DNA of 64,000 bases, taken from Azolla caroliniana. Its lineage: Eukaryota; Plantae; Polypodiophyta. This document shows, piece after piece, positions 1 to 13,634 of this stretch. Numbering within the stretch: position 1 is the first letter of the stretch; the number at the start of each line of letters is the position of its first letter. The position numbers and the translations under genes were made by a program. The notes under the pieces were generated by a model. That model made no database searches. It was given only the letters and a program-made list of their open reading frames with translations, and had not been told where the DNA came from. The DNA lies in NCBI GenBank assembly GCA_043228905.1, contig JBHGNT010000022.1, forward strand, positions 1,922,001 to 1,986,000. The letters run 5' to 3'.

Positions 1-1175
1 TGGTTCCATCCTCTATCCGAATGTTGTGTTACATTCGACTCCGACTGGGACAGGACTCCCTTGTCCTTCCTCCTTGCCTCCTCATTTAGGATGCTTCTCT
101 TTACGGTTTGTAAAGACAAGTTCTCTTCTTGACAAGAGATGCTGAGAGTAACCACCAGGTTCTCCCAGCTATTTGGCAGTGTGCACATCAACAGAATGGC
201 CTACATCGCATCATCCAGGGGAAACTTGGTTGCAGCAAGTTGATTCACATACCCCATGAATGTGTTGATGTGTTCAACGATGCTCTCATCGTCTTTGTAT
301 TTCAGCCATATGATCTTTCTCATCAGTGAGGTTTTATTGAGCGCATTCTTCCTCTCATATAGACCCGACAGCTTCTGCCACATCTCGTGTGCATTTGTGT
401 CATTCACTACATGTTGCAAGACACTTACGTCGACGCATTGTCGGATGGTGGCCATCGCCTTTCTGTTAAGAAGTTTCCAATCTGACTCCAATACCCCCTG
501 GGTATATCTGCTCTGTCGACTGGCTCATATAGGTCTTTGACTATGAGAAGGTCCTCCATCTTTATCTTCCAGTCTGCATAGTTATGTGAGTTTAGAACTA
601 TCATGCCTGGGAAGCCGCTCACACCTCCTTCCATGCTTGCACCTCAAGCTCTGATAGCAAATTGTTGAGAATTGATTCGTAAAACCACAAGATCAAACGA
701 TACTGAAAATACACAACGACACAGTACACAGATATTTATGTGGAAACCCTAAAACGGGAGAAAACCACGTGAGAGGGAAAAAAACTTCACTATACAGTGG
801 ATGTCCAGGACAGAGATTACAACACTCTGATTATGAGTGTATCAACCACACAAGGTTCTTGGTGTCTGCTGTTACGCACATAGCTATGGCGCCGCTCTCT
901 CTCCCTCTCTCTTTGTTTCTCTCACACATGTCTCTCTTACGCACACTTATCACAAGTTGTCTGTTTGCCCTAGATGTATTTATACTGATACATCATATGG
1001 ACTATTTACAATTGTAGCCACTGCTACATATCATTACTATTATTATTACTATAATAATAACAATAGTCTGTTTAAATAATCGACTCTCTGTTGTCAACTC
1101 TTCGACTGTCGGCTATCGGTTGTTGGCTATTTCCGAACAGTCGGTTCCTCCCACTGGAGGGACATATCCCCAATA
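1..1175 (-). mobile_element. Ty1/copia (Tnt1/Tork-like) 5' end: LTR ~663-1175, Met-tRNA PBS ~648-659, frameshifted gag 634 to window start
   Basis: gag peptides LNSHNYADWKIKMEDLL and WKLLNRKAMATIRQC...LWQKLSGLYE; GCTCTGATAGCA is close to the reverse complement of TGGTATCAGAGC; LTR edges tgttg...caata. Confidence 0.85.
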
Positions 1176-1766
1176 GAAACAACGGGCCCAGTCGGACAAC
1201 AAAAGACAATACACGGGTTTAATGGAAAGCTTCAAATGCACAGAAAGAGAGCGGGAGAGACAGAGAGAGTGGAACATAAACTCAATTCAAAATAATAAAT
1301 ACTCTATATATTGAATGTGCTGAGAGAGCACTTTTATCCAAGTCCTTAAAAGGATTGATTCAAGTACCGACAGTACTTGAATGCTTTAGTAGCATCTTGA
1401 GCCATATGGCTTCGCACATTGCATAAATTTTTCCTTGTGGAAGTAGATGATGCAGGATGTGTTGATCATTAGAAGACAAGTATAGCGAAAAATCTGCTTC
1501 CATGAGAGCCGAAGAGTGGAGATCCATAGACGAAATCGTGCACTCCACTATCCAAATGCACTTGGCCGAAAATGTCTACTTCAGCATGGCCAAGGAGACA
1601 ACATCTTTCTCGTTAAGGGAGAATTTGCAAGTAGTGTACGAAAAGAAGTCCTCCTCGTCGAAACCCATATTGAGTCAATAGCTATTCAATATGAAGATGA
1701 GAGAGTCAGATCCTGCTACCTCCCACATCAACACCTTCAGCCGGGTGTTGTTTGAACTCTCCTCCC
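1176..1766. mobile_element. Jumbled copia fragments (LTR piece like 43508-43956, RNase H piece on -, gag piece on +)
   Basis: 1215-1384 resembles the LTR at 43580-43750; AMCEAIWLKMLLK on - strand; NFSLWK*MMQDVLIIRRQ on + strand matches gag at 51339. Confidence 0.65.
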
Positions 1767-4690
1767 TGTTGGCCGCCTTGGCCGGCCAAGTGGGAAAGGT
1801 CAACAAGGAGAAAAGACAAAGGGGCGGTTATGGTAAGTGAAAAGGATGGGTGGGGTCATAGCGTAATGAAGAGGGAGTAACAGCCATAACGTAGGGATAA
1901 CTTAATCGTAATTAATTTTTAAATAAAAAGTAATGGTTCACACGTCGAGCGTAACCACCCATGACCTTGTATATAAAGGGCAAGGAAAACTTGTAATAGC
2001 GAGTGATAATTTTGTATTCAAACATCTGCAATATAGTTTTGGTTTGCCTTCCTTTCTGTATTCCCATAACTCTTCGTATCTGTTTCGTGTCGAGTTCATT
2101 TTCTGTGTTGAGTCATATACGCTATGTATGCTATTGTGTAAGAAGTTGGTTGTAGCCTTCTTCCAAATCTCCACAGTCTTCACGATTAAGTTAACACTTA
2201 CGAGATCAATGTATAGTCACCCATATCATGGTTACGACGTACTCTCCCATTCCTAAACCATAATACCCTTAAGCCGAACCCCGAAGGACTGAGGATTCGG
2301 CACCATGTCACCTTAACGGGTAACACTTTTGGCACGCCTGGAGATATGGATGTCGTCTAGCTGAACATCGGGGAATGGATATCGTCTAGCCGCAGAGGTA
2401 GCAAAGAAGCAAAAGGCAGAGGTAAACCCCAAACTTGGGCAGAATCCTGGAAGGCGGGAAACCTTGCCGCGGAAAAGGCACACCTCGACACCCGCTTACC
2501 GGATCTCAACGAAACCGTGTTCGAGTTTGCACTCACCGAACAAAGCACGAGTGGTCAGGAGGTACTCTCCCCACTACACTCGGTCATTGAAAGCACCAGT
2601 AGCACTTGTGAGACAAACCTCCCACCATGACCTTCTCTTATCCCCGTTACAATGGTGAACCCGATGCTGAGGCTCACACACATTCTTTTCTTAACGTCTG
2701 GAACGCGAACCATGTGTCACAATGATTCCTGGAGGCCAACACCAACGCCTCTAAGATCACGGAGTTTGGGCTTACACTCAACGGACGAGCAGCGCGGTGG
2801 CATTCGCAGCTCGATCTCTCGACCTTCATGACATTTGACCAGCACCTCCGCACGACATTCATTCGGCTATTTCACCAGAGTGTTCGACAACGCGAAATCA
2901 TTGGTCAATTCTACTCTATCCGACAGTTCAATCAAGAATCTATCACCGATTTCGTAACCGGATTCTAGAACTTAAGAAGCTAGCTTACGTGGGCACCTAC
3001 CAAGGACGAGGCTAAAGAAACCTTCCTCGCCATGTTGCATCGCCCAGGTTCTTCGGCCAAACAACGAACACGGTCATAGACCAGGTTCTTCGGCTCGAGC
3101 TAGAAGACACCAACGAAGGAATTTCCATGGCATCCTTACGGCAGACATTTTGGCACGACGATGAGTATCGTTTCCGGTAGGCCATTCAATGCACAATCTG
3201 CCTTAACCTAGGACACTCAGCAGTCGATTACAATGCAGGCTCACTGCCCTATTTGCCACTCTCAAGCACATACAGTTGACCAATGCGAGTACAACCTTTT
3301 GAATTGACCCTTGGCGCCAGTTTGGCGTATCGAACTATAGCGTAACAATCGGCAACCCAATGACCGATTTTGACAAGACAAGTGTTATTAGAATGCGGAT
3401 CGGAATTGGCATAATGACCGTAATAACCGAGATGATGATCAATGTTGGGACGATGACGATCAAGAGGAAGAGGCCTATTGTCATAACGACTGCTATAACA
3501 ACCATGGAGGGCGGCACTACGAGAATCAGCACTCCATGAATAATCGAGGTGGGCAAGCTAAAGCACGGATGTACGAAGGCGATAGGCAACCTCGTCACCA
3601 GCAGTCCCACGACAACAGATTGGAGGAAGACCAACGCCACAATTACCGCAAGAAGCCTCAAAATACGCGGCAACATCAATCTCAACAACGACCTCGAGAT
3701 GAACCCACACCACCTCCCGAGCCCATCGCTCCACTCACAACAGAAAATGATGAGTCCAATCTACATTGTTTTATTTGTCAACAGCCATGGCATTACGCGA
3801 CTCAGTGTCCACAATGCGATAAGGGCAAGGGACCAACGGTGAACACGATCATGGCAGAAGTACAACAGGTGACCACACATAGCAAGTTGAAAGCAGCTGA
3901 GTGGGAAGTGCAAGATGACATAAGGAAAGTTGTGAAAGCTTGGGTAGACAATGCCAATGAGGCTAACATTGATCGCATGCGTTAGGATGCGGCAACCGAG
4001 GCAACATTGTTCCATACAGAGGATGCTACGACAGGGCAGGATCCGGTATAGCAGGCCATCGCGGACTACCATATCACCCTCACAATGAGCAAGTTGTTAA
4101 ATTTGGTTCCTCGATTCCAGCAAGCCATGGAGGCTCGTATGCATAACACAGACTGGGTAATGATTCCTACAAATTTTGCCGAATCTATTACAAGGCCGAC
4201 CGTGGTAGATCACCATAACCCGACCATTAAGGTCATCTTAAAAGGGGAGGAAATCTCAGGGTGTATAGTCGATGGCGGTTCTGGCGTGAACAACATTAGC
4301 AAAGCCACTTGCAACCGCCTTGGCATTACCAATTGGGAGGTATGCCCGGTTTGGCTCCGCATGGCGGATACATGATCTGTCCGCTCGCTAGGTCTACTTC
4401 GCAAGCTAAAGATCATGATAGGTGGCCATACATTCAACATCTCATCCGTCGTATTAGCCCTAGACACTCTTGGTGCTTACCCCACCCACTAAAACTATGA
4501 CTCCGTTATATGCAGAGGTCCACATGCTTGAGGGGTTAGAATTATCTGGACGTGAACCCTCGAATCGTGCCCTTGTTCGACATCGATGTCATCGAGATGG
4601 TCAGGCCATATGCCACACTAGCAACAATCGAAGAAGAGCACTACGAACCCGACATGGAGACTCTTATGGAACTCTATAGGGCGCACAACG
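1767..4690 (+). mobile_element. Degenerate non-chromovirus Ty3/gypsy (Tat/Athila-like) 5' half: LTR 1767-2325, PBS ~2330-2341, broken gag and protease
   Basis: LTR TGTT...AACA; PBS TGGCACGCC resembles a tRNA-Arg PBS; zinc knuckles CPICHSQAHTVDQC and CFICQQPWHYATQC; protease IVDGGSGVN at ~4265. Confidence 0.75.
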
Positions 4691-4693
4691 TGT

Positions 4694-5153
4694 TGTCGCG
4701 GTTTTCCACGAGTATGTGTTAAAACGGGTAGGATCACGGGGGTCTTGGACCAAGGAGTCAAAGGGAGTAGGAAGATCAACTGCGACGGAGTGTCTGGTCG
4801 GTTACCGGAACCCGGACAACGTATGTATAGGTTCGCAGAACAAACCGTTGTCACAGTATTCTGCGGGTACGTGTAGGATCTTAGGCGGGACCACGGGGGC
4901 CCTGGACCAAGGAGTGCAAGAAGAGAGAAGAGAGATACCCGAAACAAGGAGACACACGGGGAACAATTGAATGAATAGATCAAAATAGAAAGAGTACAAC
5001 TAGCCCGGACGGTAATAGAGTTGTGCGCTCGCCAAACAACAACACACTCCCACTCACACACACAGACACACACATTGATTCAACAAGGAGCCTTTGTCGG
5101 GAGCTCACGGCTTCCTACACAATCAGAGGCTTCCAACCCAAACCCAACACGAA

Positions 5154-5188
<35 letters not shown>

Positions 5189-6756
5189 GGGACCCAAACT
5201 AGCAGCACTTCCTTCTCCGAAAACGCATATCGCTCCTTAGTCCTCTCTCCCTCATTTTATAAACCAAGGAGAGGGAGGGTTGTCACATCAGTTCGTTAAG
5301 TCGGCCGCTTCGAACAGAGATTCTCCTCAATCTTCTCCGCCAAAATCCTCCACCTTCCTCTCTATTCGTGGAGGACCTTCAAGTAACAATTAAATCCTAC
5401 TCCCTAGTACTTATTGGTCATATGTTATTTACATGTGTTCATACATAGAGGCTAAATTTTGGTCTTCATCCATGTAAGCACCCGTTCTCACGCATCCGGC
5501 TTTGTTCCTCTTTACAGCCAGAATTTCCCACGACATCCACCCCCACCAAACTGCACATCCACTGGTATGTGCCGAGAGAGAAGAGGTGGGAATTCTAGTC
5601 ATTCGATTACTCTTCGTCATCCGGTCCATCGGTTTCCCAATCCTCGTCCGGTCCTTTCAGTTCGTCGTCCTCGCCTCCAAACTCCAGGTCCGGGTCCGGT
5701 TCCGCTTCCTACCCGCTTCTTGAAGGCCTTTATCCGCTTCCCCGCAACCAGTACCGCCATGTTGGTCTCGTCGAGCTCCACTAGGTGATATGTGGCGTTG
5801 TCATTCGCTCTTGTCACCACATAAGGCCCGAACCATCTCCGCGCAAACTTCCGCGTTGCCCTGTGCTGGTTTTTGAGGCTACTATCATAGACCAGCACCC
5901 AGTCACCCTCCTCAATCTTCTTCGGTCGTAGCCGATGTGTCCGATCAAAATTGCCCTTGTTCCTCTCCCTTGCTGTGTACAGCTTTGCCTTCGCTCGCTC
6001 CAAGTCCTCCGATCTCCAATCTACCTGTCGGATCTGTGCTACCAGCAGCTCTTCTCTACTCATCTCATTCGTCTAGTCGATCGCGGTCCATGAGGAAATC
6101 CTCCGCTACACCGACATGATCGGTTTCTGTCCATACATGAGCTCGGTCGGCATGTACCCAGTTACCAAACTATGTGTAGTTCTATCGGCCCATAAAGCAT
6201 AAGGTAGAAATTGTGGCCAATTCCCGACTTGTCCCTTGCATGCCCGTACAAGTGCCTTCACAATCAGCCTGTGCCGGATTGTACGCCGTAGTGAGAGAAA
6301 GCTTCATCCCTAACCGGTCGAACAACTCCTCGGATTCTTGTGCGTCCAACTCTCCTCGGTCGGCCACAATCTCCCCTATGCACCCATACCAACAAATCAC
6401 CTCCTCAACCAGGAATCGACACATAGCCGCGGTCGTTTTGGTCTGAAGTGCAGAGTAGTCGTGGTCATTTTGTTCTGAAGCGCTCTACCCTCTATTTGGT
6501 TTGTCAAATCCCCCCGTGCAAACACCAACTAGTGCATTTGCCCTACCCCCATTGGCATCGTCACTAAGTCTACCATCCACTTGAAATGAACGATCAACGG
6601 GTAGGTCGGGTGTAACTCGTCCTTGTGACGGATTACGGAATGCATTTGGCAGCTCTCATAGGACGTCACAAACTGGTGCACGTCACGATACATTCCCAGC
6701 CATCAATACTTCTCCTTTACCTTCTCGATGGGCCAATCTGAACCAAGGGCTCTCGT
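4694..6756 (-). mobile_element. Phygy-like Ty3/gypsy 3' end: integrase remnant, PPT and 3' LTR (4694-5535)
   Basis: integrase peptides EEVICWYGCIGEIVADRGE, LTTAYNP and GPY/F motif RWFGPYVV; purine tract TTTGGTGGGGGTGGA before the LTR on -; LTR ends match the 10631-13634 family (TGTCG...CGACA). Confidence 0.8.
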
Positions 6757-9219
6757 TGTCACAGACATGAGAACAGTCATGTCAAGATTTGAACTCTTGA
6801 CCTCTTGACATATATAGCCAAGTGTTGTGTTCTAACCAAGACATCCAAATATATGGGCATGTTATGTATATCTTGGTAGATTATTAGTAGATTATCTATT
6901 TCAAGTTCTAGGAGTTTTTAGAAAGTTCTAGAACTAGAAGGTTCTCAAGAGTTCTACAATATTCTCCCGAATATTCTCCAAAATATTCTAATGCATGTTC
7001 TTCGACTCACAGTATAAATAGTTGTAACCTCCTTGGCCCTTTTCAAGGGATTCAACACCAGTCACTGACACATCAATCTAGTATTCTCGTTTAGCCCCAT
7101 CTTCTTAAGTTCCTCGGATCATCACTCCCCCACATCTCGAGTTTCTATCCTCGTCACTTCTAGTTTGTAGCTCCATCATCCGTTCTCTGTCCGAGTCTGC
7201 GCTTGGTGTGTCCGTGATAGTTTGAATCCCTTCCAACTAGAAGCACTACCTATCTTCGTCATCGCCCTTGCTTCTAGAGTTACCATCGTCACCGTCATTG
7301 GTTCTAGAGTTACCATCATCAACATCCCTTTGTTTTCTATCTTCCTCGCCATCTCTATCCTCTTAGTTTCTTTTCATCATCGTCTTTGTCTTTTCTCTCC
7401 TAGTTTCTTCTCATCTCTATCTCCTAGTTTCTTCTCATCATCATCTCTATCTCTGCACTTCTTAGCATCTTCCACATCCCTATCTCCTAGTTTCTTCTCC
7501 TCATCATCTCTATCTCTACACTTCTTATCATCATCCACATCCCTATCTTTGCATTTTTTGCCATTGTCATCCTTCACCTTGTATTTCCTACCGTTTTCAT
7601 CTCTATCTATGTGTTTCTTATTATCTTCGTCACTTTCTTTGCATTTCCTATCACCCTCATCCTTGTCTTTGTGTTTTCTATCATCCTTGGTATATGTGTC
7701 TTTGTGTTTCTTCAGAACCTCAACATCTCGATCTCTTTGTTTCTTATCCTCTTCATCTCTTTCTCCGCTTCCATCATTGCCATAGTCAAAGTCGTTGCTT
7801 CCAAAGTCACTTCGTGAACGTCATTGCCTTCATTGCTTCACCTTCAACATCATCATCTTCAACCCTATTGTTGTCATCATCAACACTACTTTGCCTAGCT
7901 ATCATTGTCGTCAAGTGTTCCAGTTCTTGGTGAGGACCATGTAGGGTCACTCACATCCATTGGTGTTTGTGTCTTCGGTGAGGACCCCACATGGTTGCTC
8001 ACGCCCTTTGATGTTCATGTCTCTGGTGAGGACCGTACATGGTCTCTCGCGGTCGTTGATGTTCCAGTTCCCAGTGAGACTGCACATGGTCACTCACGTC
8101 CGTTGGTGTTCGTATCTCCGGTGAGGACCGCACATGATTGCTCATGCCCGTTGGTTTTCCAATTCTCGGTGAGGATTGCACATGGTTGCTCACGTCCGTC
8201 AGTGTTCGTGTCTCCGGTGAGGACCGCACATGGTTACTCATGCCCGTTGGTGTTCCAGTTCCTGGTGAGGACCGCACATGGTCGCTCATTTCCATTAATG
8301 TTCCTGTCTCTGGTGAAGACCGGACATGGTCTCTCACGACCTTGGTGTTCGTGTCTCTGTTGAGGACCGTACATGGTTGCTCACACCCGTTGGTGTTCCA
8401 GTTCCCGGTGAGGACCGCACATGGTTGCTCACATCCATTGGTGTTCCAATTCCCGGTGAAGACCGCACATGGTCGCTCACATCCATTGGTGTTCCTGTCT
8501 CTGGTGAGGACCGCACATGGTCACTCATGTTAGTGTTCTAGTTCTCGATGAGGACCGTAATTGTCGCTCACACTCGCGTTGGTGTTACAGTCTACGGTGA
8601 GGACTGAACATGGTTGCTCACACTCACATTGGTGTACAATCTCCAGTGAGGACTGTACATGGTCGCTCACGCCCGTTGGTGTTCTAATCTATGGTTAGGA
8701 CCACACATGGTCGCTCACATTCACCCGTGCTCGTATTTCTGGTGAGGACTACTCATGGTCACTCACTTGTCAACGTAATTTGGTTTTCTCATTTAGCTCA
8801 CCCCTACACCACGCTTTTGAAAAGGAGGTCGTAAAGGAGAGGATAATGTCACAGACATGACAACAGTCATGTCAAGATTTGAACTCTTGACCTCTTGACA
8901 TATATAGTCAAGTGATGTGTTCTAACCAACACATCTAAATATATAAGCATGGTATGTACATCTTAGTAGATTATTAGTAGATTATCTATTTCAAGTTCTA
9001 TAAGTTTTTAGAAAGTTCTAGAACTAGAAGGTTCTAGAGGGTTCTACAATATTCTCCCGAATATTCTCCAAAATATTCTAATGCATGTACTTCGACTCAC
9101 AATATAAATAGTTGTAACCTCCTTGGCCCTTTTCAAGGGATTCAACACCAGTCACTGACATGTCAATCTAGTATTCTAGTTTAGCCCCATCTTCTTAAGT
9201 TCCTCAGATCATCACTCCC
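6757..9219 (+). mobile_element. Non-autonomous Tcn1-like chromovirus derivative: 5' LTR 6757-7219, truncated 3' LTR 8847-~9219, no recognisable gag/pol
   Basis: direct repeats 6757-7129 and 8847-9219; TGTCAC...GTGATA ends; PPT AAAGGAGAGGATAA before 8847; self-priming PBS 7222-7232. Confidence 0.8.
7920..8770. repeat. 48-bp tandem repeat array, about 18 copies, inside the element
   Basis: GGTGAGGACCGCACATGG core recurs at 8120, 8168, 8216, 8264, 8312 etc.; 16-aa periodicity in the overlapping ORFs. Confidence 0.9.
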
Positions 9220-9925
9220 AAATGTCCCCCTTGATCGCTAATTAGCTCTATGAGACAACCAAAACGGCACCAAATGTTCTCATACAAGAATTTCGTTGTT
9301 GAAGTTGTCGTGTCATCGCAAAGTGCCTTCGCCTCCACCCATTTTGTACAATTATATGTGGCCACGAGGATGTATTGATTCCCTATACGAGCCGCCACTG
9401 GGGTGAAAGGGCCCCATTTCTGAAAAGATTCCAATAGCAACACTAGTTGGTGCGGCATGCGGGCACGTTCTCTATTTCCTACTTCTTTATTGCTCCGACC
9501 TACCCATTCCTATTTCGATTCGTAACCGTTATCTACCCTTTTTCCACTTGGACGTCCAGACCGGCCAACACCAATGTTGCAGGTCTATTCAACAGGTTGT
9601 ACTCACACTGATCTATTGTATGTGCCCTTGAATGGTATAAAGCATTATGCATCCTTATTGTGCATTCGAGTGTAGAGTGGTCGGGATTGAGGCACGTTGT
9701 GAACTGCACCACTTGCCAGAATCTGAGCTCTTCCTCCTTCGGCAACGCTCTTTGTAGTGTCCCCATCATCATGGTATTGCAATTTTGTGCCTGATCCATA
9801 TCGAGCACCCTGTCAATCACTTGGTCGATGTTATTCGTCGTGAAATCTAGGAACACTAGTGTCCTCCGGAGTGGCTCCCATACAATCGTAAAAAATATTT
9901 CTTTCACATCCTCCTCTGGTAGTGA
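9220..9925 (-). mobile_element. Gypsy fragments (gag and integrase) of the same family as 1767-4690
   Basis: NIDQVIDRVL...HTIDQCEYNLLNRP matches gag near 3060-3305; integrase TKWVEAKAL...FLYENIWCRFGCLIELISDQG. Confidence 0.75.
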
Positions 9926-10630
9926 TCAGGACAATTGTTTCTGCAAATTCTGAAATCATACAACATACAACCTACAACATTTATGGCTATTTACAAATGT
10001 ATCCTCTAAATCGGCTATTAAATCGATTTTCGATTTCGATTTTGACCGAGGCCAACGGGGGGACCTGTTTTCCCAACACAGAAATCGTGGTCACCAAAAT
10101 TGTGTTTATTCTGAACTAAGTCTTAGTCGCAAACACAATGTATTCCCTTTCAAAATACTATCCAAAGGTGTGGTTGCAGGGATAGAATTATGTGTGCATA
10201 CAATTATGCCTTATCCAGTTATGTTCTCCGAATCATATATATTATTTGATTATCCCATGCACTATCTAGTACACAATCTGGATATGAATTAACACGCGTA
10301 AGATCAAAACATAGGAGTTCAGAAGGCAAGTACACAAGATATAACACTTATATTACTCGCTCCCAATCAATCCAATCCGGACCCCTTAAATATAGGTATC
10401 TGATTCTGATACAAAATGGTGTTTACCTGGATTGGTACATCTTTCCGTATTTGGCACCTCCTAATATCTTTTCTTTTAATCTATTTTTATTACAACGTTT
10501 CATTAATTACTTTATTTCCTAATATCCCCCCTGCTTCCGGTTCCCAATGCTTCCGAACTCTGATTATCCGGTTATCCTTCTTCAATCCTCCAACAGCCTG
10601 GTAACAAGAACCACACATACGAATTGACGT

Positions 10631-13600
10631 TGTCGTGAAGATTTCCGGCTACGATGAGAAACTCGGGTGGGATAAATAAAATGGGGAAGTGCAACATTGC
10701 ACATGCACTTGTAAATTTGTATAATGAGAATAAGATAACAAAATGTAAGGGGAAGGGTAATAATCTAAGGTGCTAAAGGTGCCCCACGAGGTTTGTAGAG
10801 GCGTAAAGGTGATGTGCACTTTGTAGGCTAGAGAGAGGGATTTGACCACTCCTTTTTGTAATGTGTCTCACCCCTTACTACTATAAAAGGGAGTGAGGGG
10901 TCACTTTGGAGGGGGTTGCCTATTTTGAGTGTGAGAGGTATAACACTTAGTTCTAGGGTTCTTCTTCTTCCTATTTCGGTTTTAGGGTTTCGTCTAGGGT
11001 TTTACTCTTCTTCTTTACTTATCCGGTTAGGGTTTCTTGTAGTCGTTTGGTTTGACCTATGCGGCCATGGTTGTAATTGTTTGCAGATTCTTAATATAAT
11101 TTGTTTGTGTATCTTTGCTCTATCTATTTCTTGTTCAATGTTAATTTCTTGTTCTTTCTCCTCTCCTCTAGAGCGAAGCTCCCATTTCTCATCTACTCCC
11201 TAGTCCAAGACCCCCGTGGTCCCACCTAGGATCCTACACATACTCGCGGATTTCCGCGACAAAATTTGGTGAACCCCCCGACATGAAGAGACGGCAAGGG
11301 AGGACGGAGATGGAAGACGAAGACTTCGACTTCGCGGAGATGATGGCAAAGATTATGATGGATGTCGGACGAAAGAAGGCGAGGTGAGATGCGGCTCAAC
11401 AAGCCGTCGAGAGGGTGGTCGATCGAGTCGGCCGGTTCAATAGGGACGATGTCTCGAGATTCTTAGAAACGTACAATGCGAAGATGACGAAGAGGGGCGT
11501 GGACGAAGCAATGAGGGTAGAATATGTATTTCGAGTGGCGGCCGTATCGACGCACAAAGAGATCAAGGAGCTTCGAGGAGCTCACGAGTTGTGGGAGTCC
11601 TTTGAGGGAGCTCTATTGGAGGTGCACAAGTACGTGAAACCGGAGTGGGTATGCCGGCAACACGATGAGAAGCGGTCGGCCACAACACAGCCCGCGAGCG
11701 GCGGAGAAGAGAGGGCAGTGAGTGACTACGCACTACCACCTAAGGAGTGCTCGACGCATGATAGATCGGAGGAGTACGACCTAGAGGCATTGGTATGGGA
11801 GGCATACGAGATTGTGAAGTCAAAGATCAAAGCCGGAAAAGGGTTTATTATGGAGTCGGCCCGAGAGGATCGGAGGATGCGGAGGAAGAAGCCTCCCTAT
11901 GCGTGGACAATGGGGCCTATGCGGAGGCCGAAAGAGCGTGCAATGATGGCGACGTGGGAGAGGGTGCGCAGCAAGCGACCCTCTCGTCTTGCGGAAAGGG
12001 GACGGCCATGGAGGAGGCTGGAGACTATGGAGCAGGGAGTGCCACTTCGAGAGTGGGCGAAAGTTTCGGGGCACGGTTGCCTGAAACATCGAACGGGGAG
12101 GAAGCAAGCGTAATCGAGGCTTGCGCGATCGAAGACAAGGTAGCCACAGACAACGACGTCCGGGTGGAGGTGGCTATGGACATGACGAGCGATGGTGGCG
12201 GGACCTTGCCCACACCGATTTTTGAGACTCCGGCGGTCGGCCACGAGGGCCCACGTAAGACCCGAGAGACGGAAGGCGGTAGCGGCAAGGCAGGTGACCG
12301 AGACGACGACGAGGAAGACTATAGTGGACAAGGAGAGATCCCTCGACACCGGTGCCGAAGACTACGGCGGTTGCGCCCAAGTCCGGACATAAGACCAGAG
12401 AGATGGGCAGTGGCCATGAGGAGGTGTGGCACGGAGCGGGCACATACAAAGAGGAAGACGTGAGGCCCGGAACAGGCATATACAAAGGGACTGAAGGAGG
12501 GGCTGGCAGTGGCAATGGTGTTCGGGAGGACATATCGGGGAAGAAGTTGTGAGCGTCAGATATGGCGGTTCAAATGGAGCCGACGGCTCACGGATGTGCA
12601 GTGGATACGGTGGATCGGGAGGCTACGGTGGTTTGTGTAGGAAGGACGGGCATGCTCAAAATGGAAGACGAAATCGAGCAAGGTCAACGAGGATAGCCGC
12701 GGAGGCGAGCTCCCGGAAGGAGGACAGATCGGACTGGAAGTCGACAGATCGGGGTCGGTAGGAGCCGGCAAGTTGGTCAGGTATTAGCACAGCGAAGGAC
12801 CCGGTTGTCCACCGTCGCCGAAATCTCTCACCTTTTTCCTCATGGCACATACCGGTGGATGTGTCGTTTGGTGGGGGCAGATGTTGTGAAGATTTCCGGC
12901 TACGATGAGAAACTCGAATGGGACAAATAAAATGGGGATGTGCAACATTGCACATGCACTTGTAAATTTGTATAATGAGAATAAGATAACAAAATGTAAG
13001 GGGAAGGGTAATAATCTAAGGTGCTAAAGGTGCCCCACGAGGTTTGTAGAGGCATAAAGGTGATGTGCACTTTGTAGGCTAGAGAGAGGTACATGAAGCA
13101 TACATGTAGGGAGTAATGGGCATTGAGTAGGATGGCTAGGGAAGAGAGAGTTGGGCCCATCAATCTCTCCACCTAAGATCGAGGTCAAAGATTCTCCTTT
13201 GAAAAAAAGGGGATTTGACCACTCCTTTTTGTATTGTGTCTCACCCCTTACTACTATAAAAGGGAGTGAGTGGTCACTTTGGAGGGGGTTGCCTATTTTG
13301 AGTGTGAGAGGTATAACACTTAGTTCTAGGGTTCTTCTTCTTCTTATTTCGGTTTTAGGGTTTCGTCTAGGGTTTTACTCTTCTTCTTTACTTATTCGGT
13401 TGGTGTTTCTTGTAGTCGTTTGGTTTGACCTATGTGACCATGGTTGTAATCGTTTGCGGATTCTTAATATCATTTTTTTGTGTATCTTGCCACCATCTAT
13501 TTCTTGTTCAATGTTAATGTCTTATTCTTTCTCCTATCCTCTTGAGCGAAGCTCCCATTTCTCCTCTACTCCCTAGTCCAAGACCCCCGTGGTCCCGTCT

Positions 13601-13634
13601 CGAATCCTACACGTACTCGCGGATTTCCGCGACA
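10631..13634 (+). mobile_element. Non-autonomous Phygy-like gypsy element: LTRs 10631-11261 and 12882-13634, tRNA-Trp-type PBS, degenerate gag only
   Basis: paired LTRs; PBS TGGTGAACCC(CCC)GACATGA at 11267 resembles the complement of the tRNA-Trp 3' end; gag-like VGRFNRDDVSRFLETYNAKM; PPT TTTGGTGGGGGCAGA; 4-bp TSD ACGT/ATGT once the nested copia is removed. Confidence 0.85.

Noticed and set aside
6776-6848. Functional tRNA genes here and at 14797 and 60745
   Set aside because: No convincing acceptor or anticodon stems; reported only as tRNA-like cassettes
7920-8770. CRISPR-like appearance of a conserved core with variable intervening sequence
   Set aside because: Intervening parts are homologous to each other, there are no cas genes and the context is eukaryotic; it is a tandem repeat
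11795-12800. GC-rich overlapping ORFs as captured host genes
   Set aside because: Low-complexity internal region of the non-autonomous element with no identifiable domain
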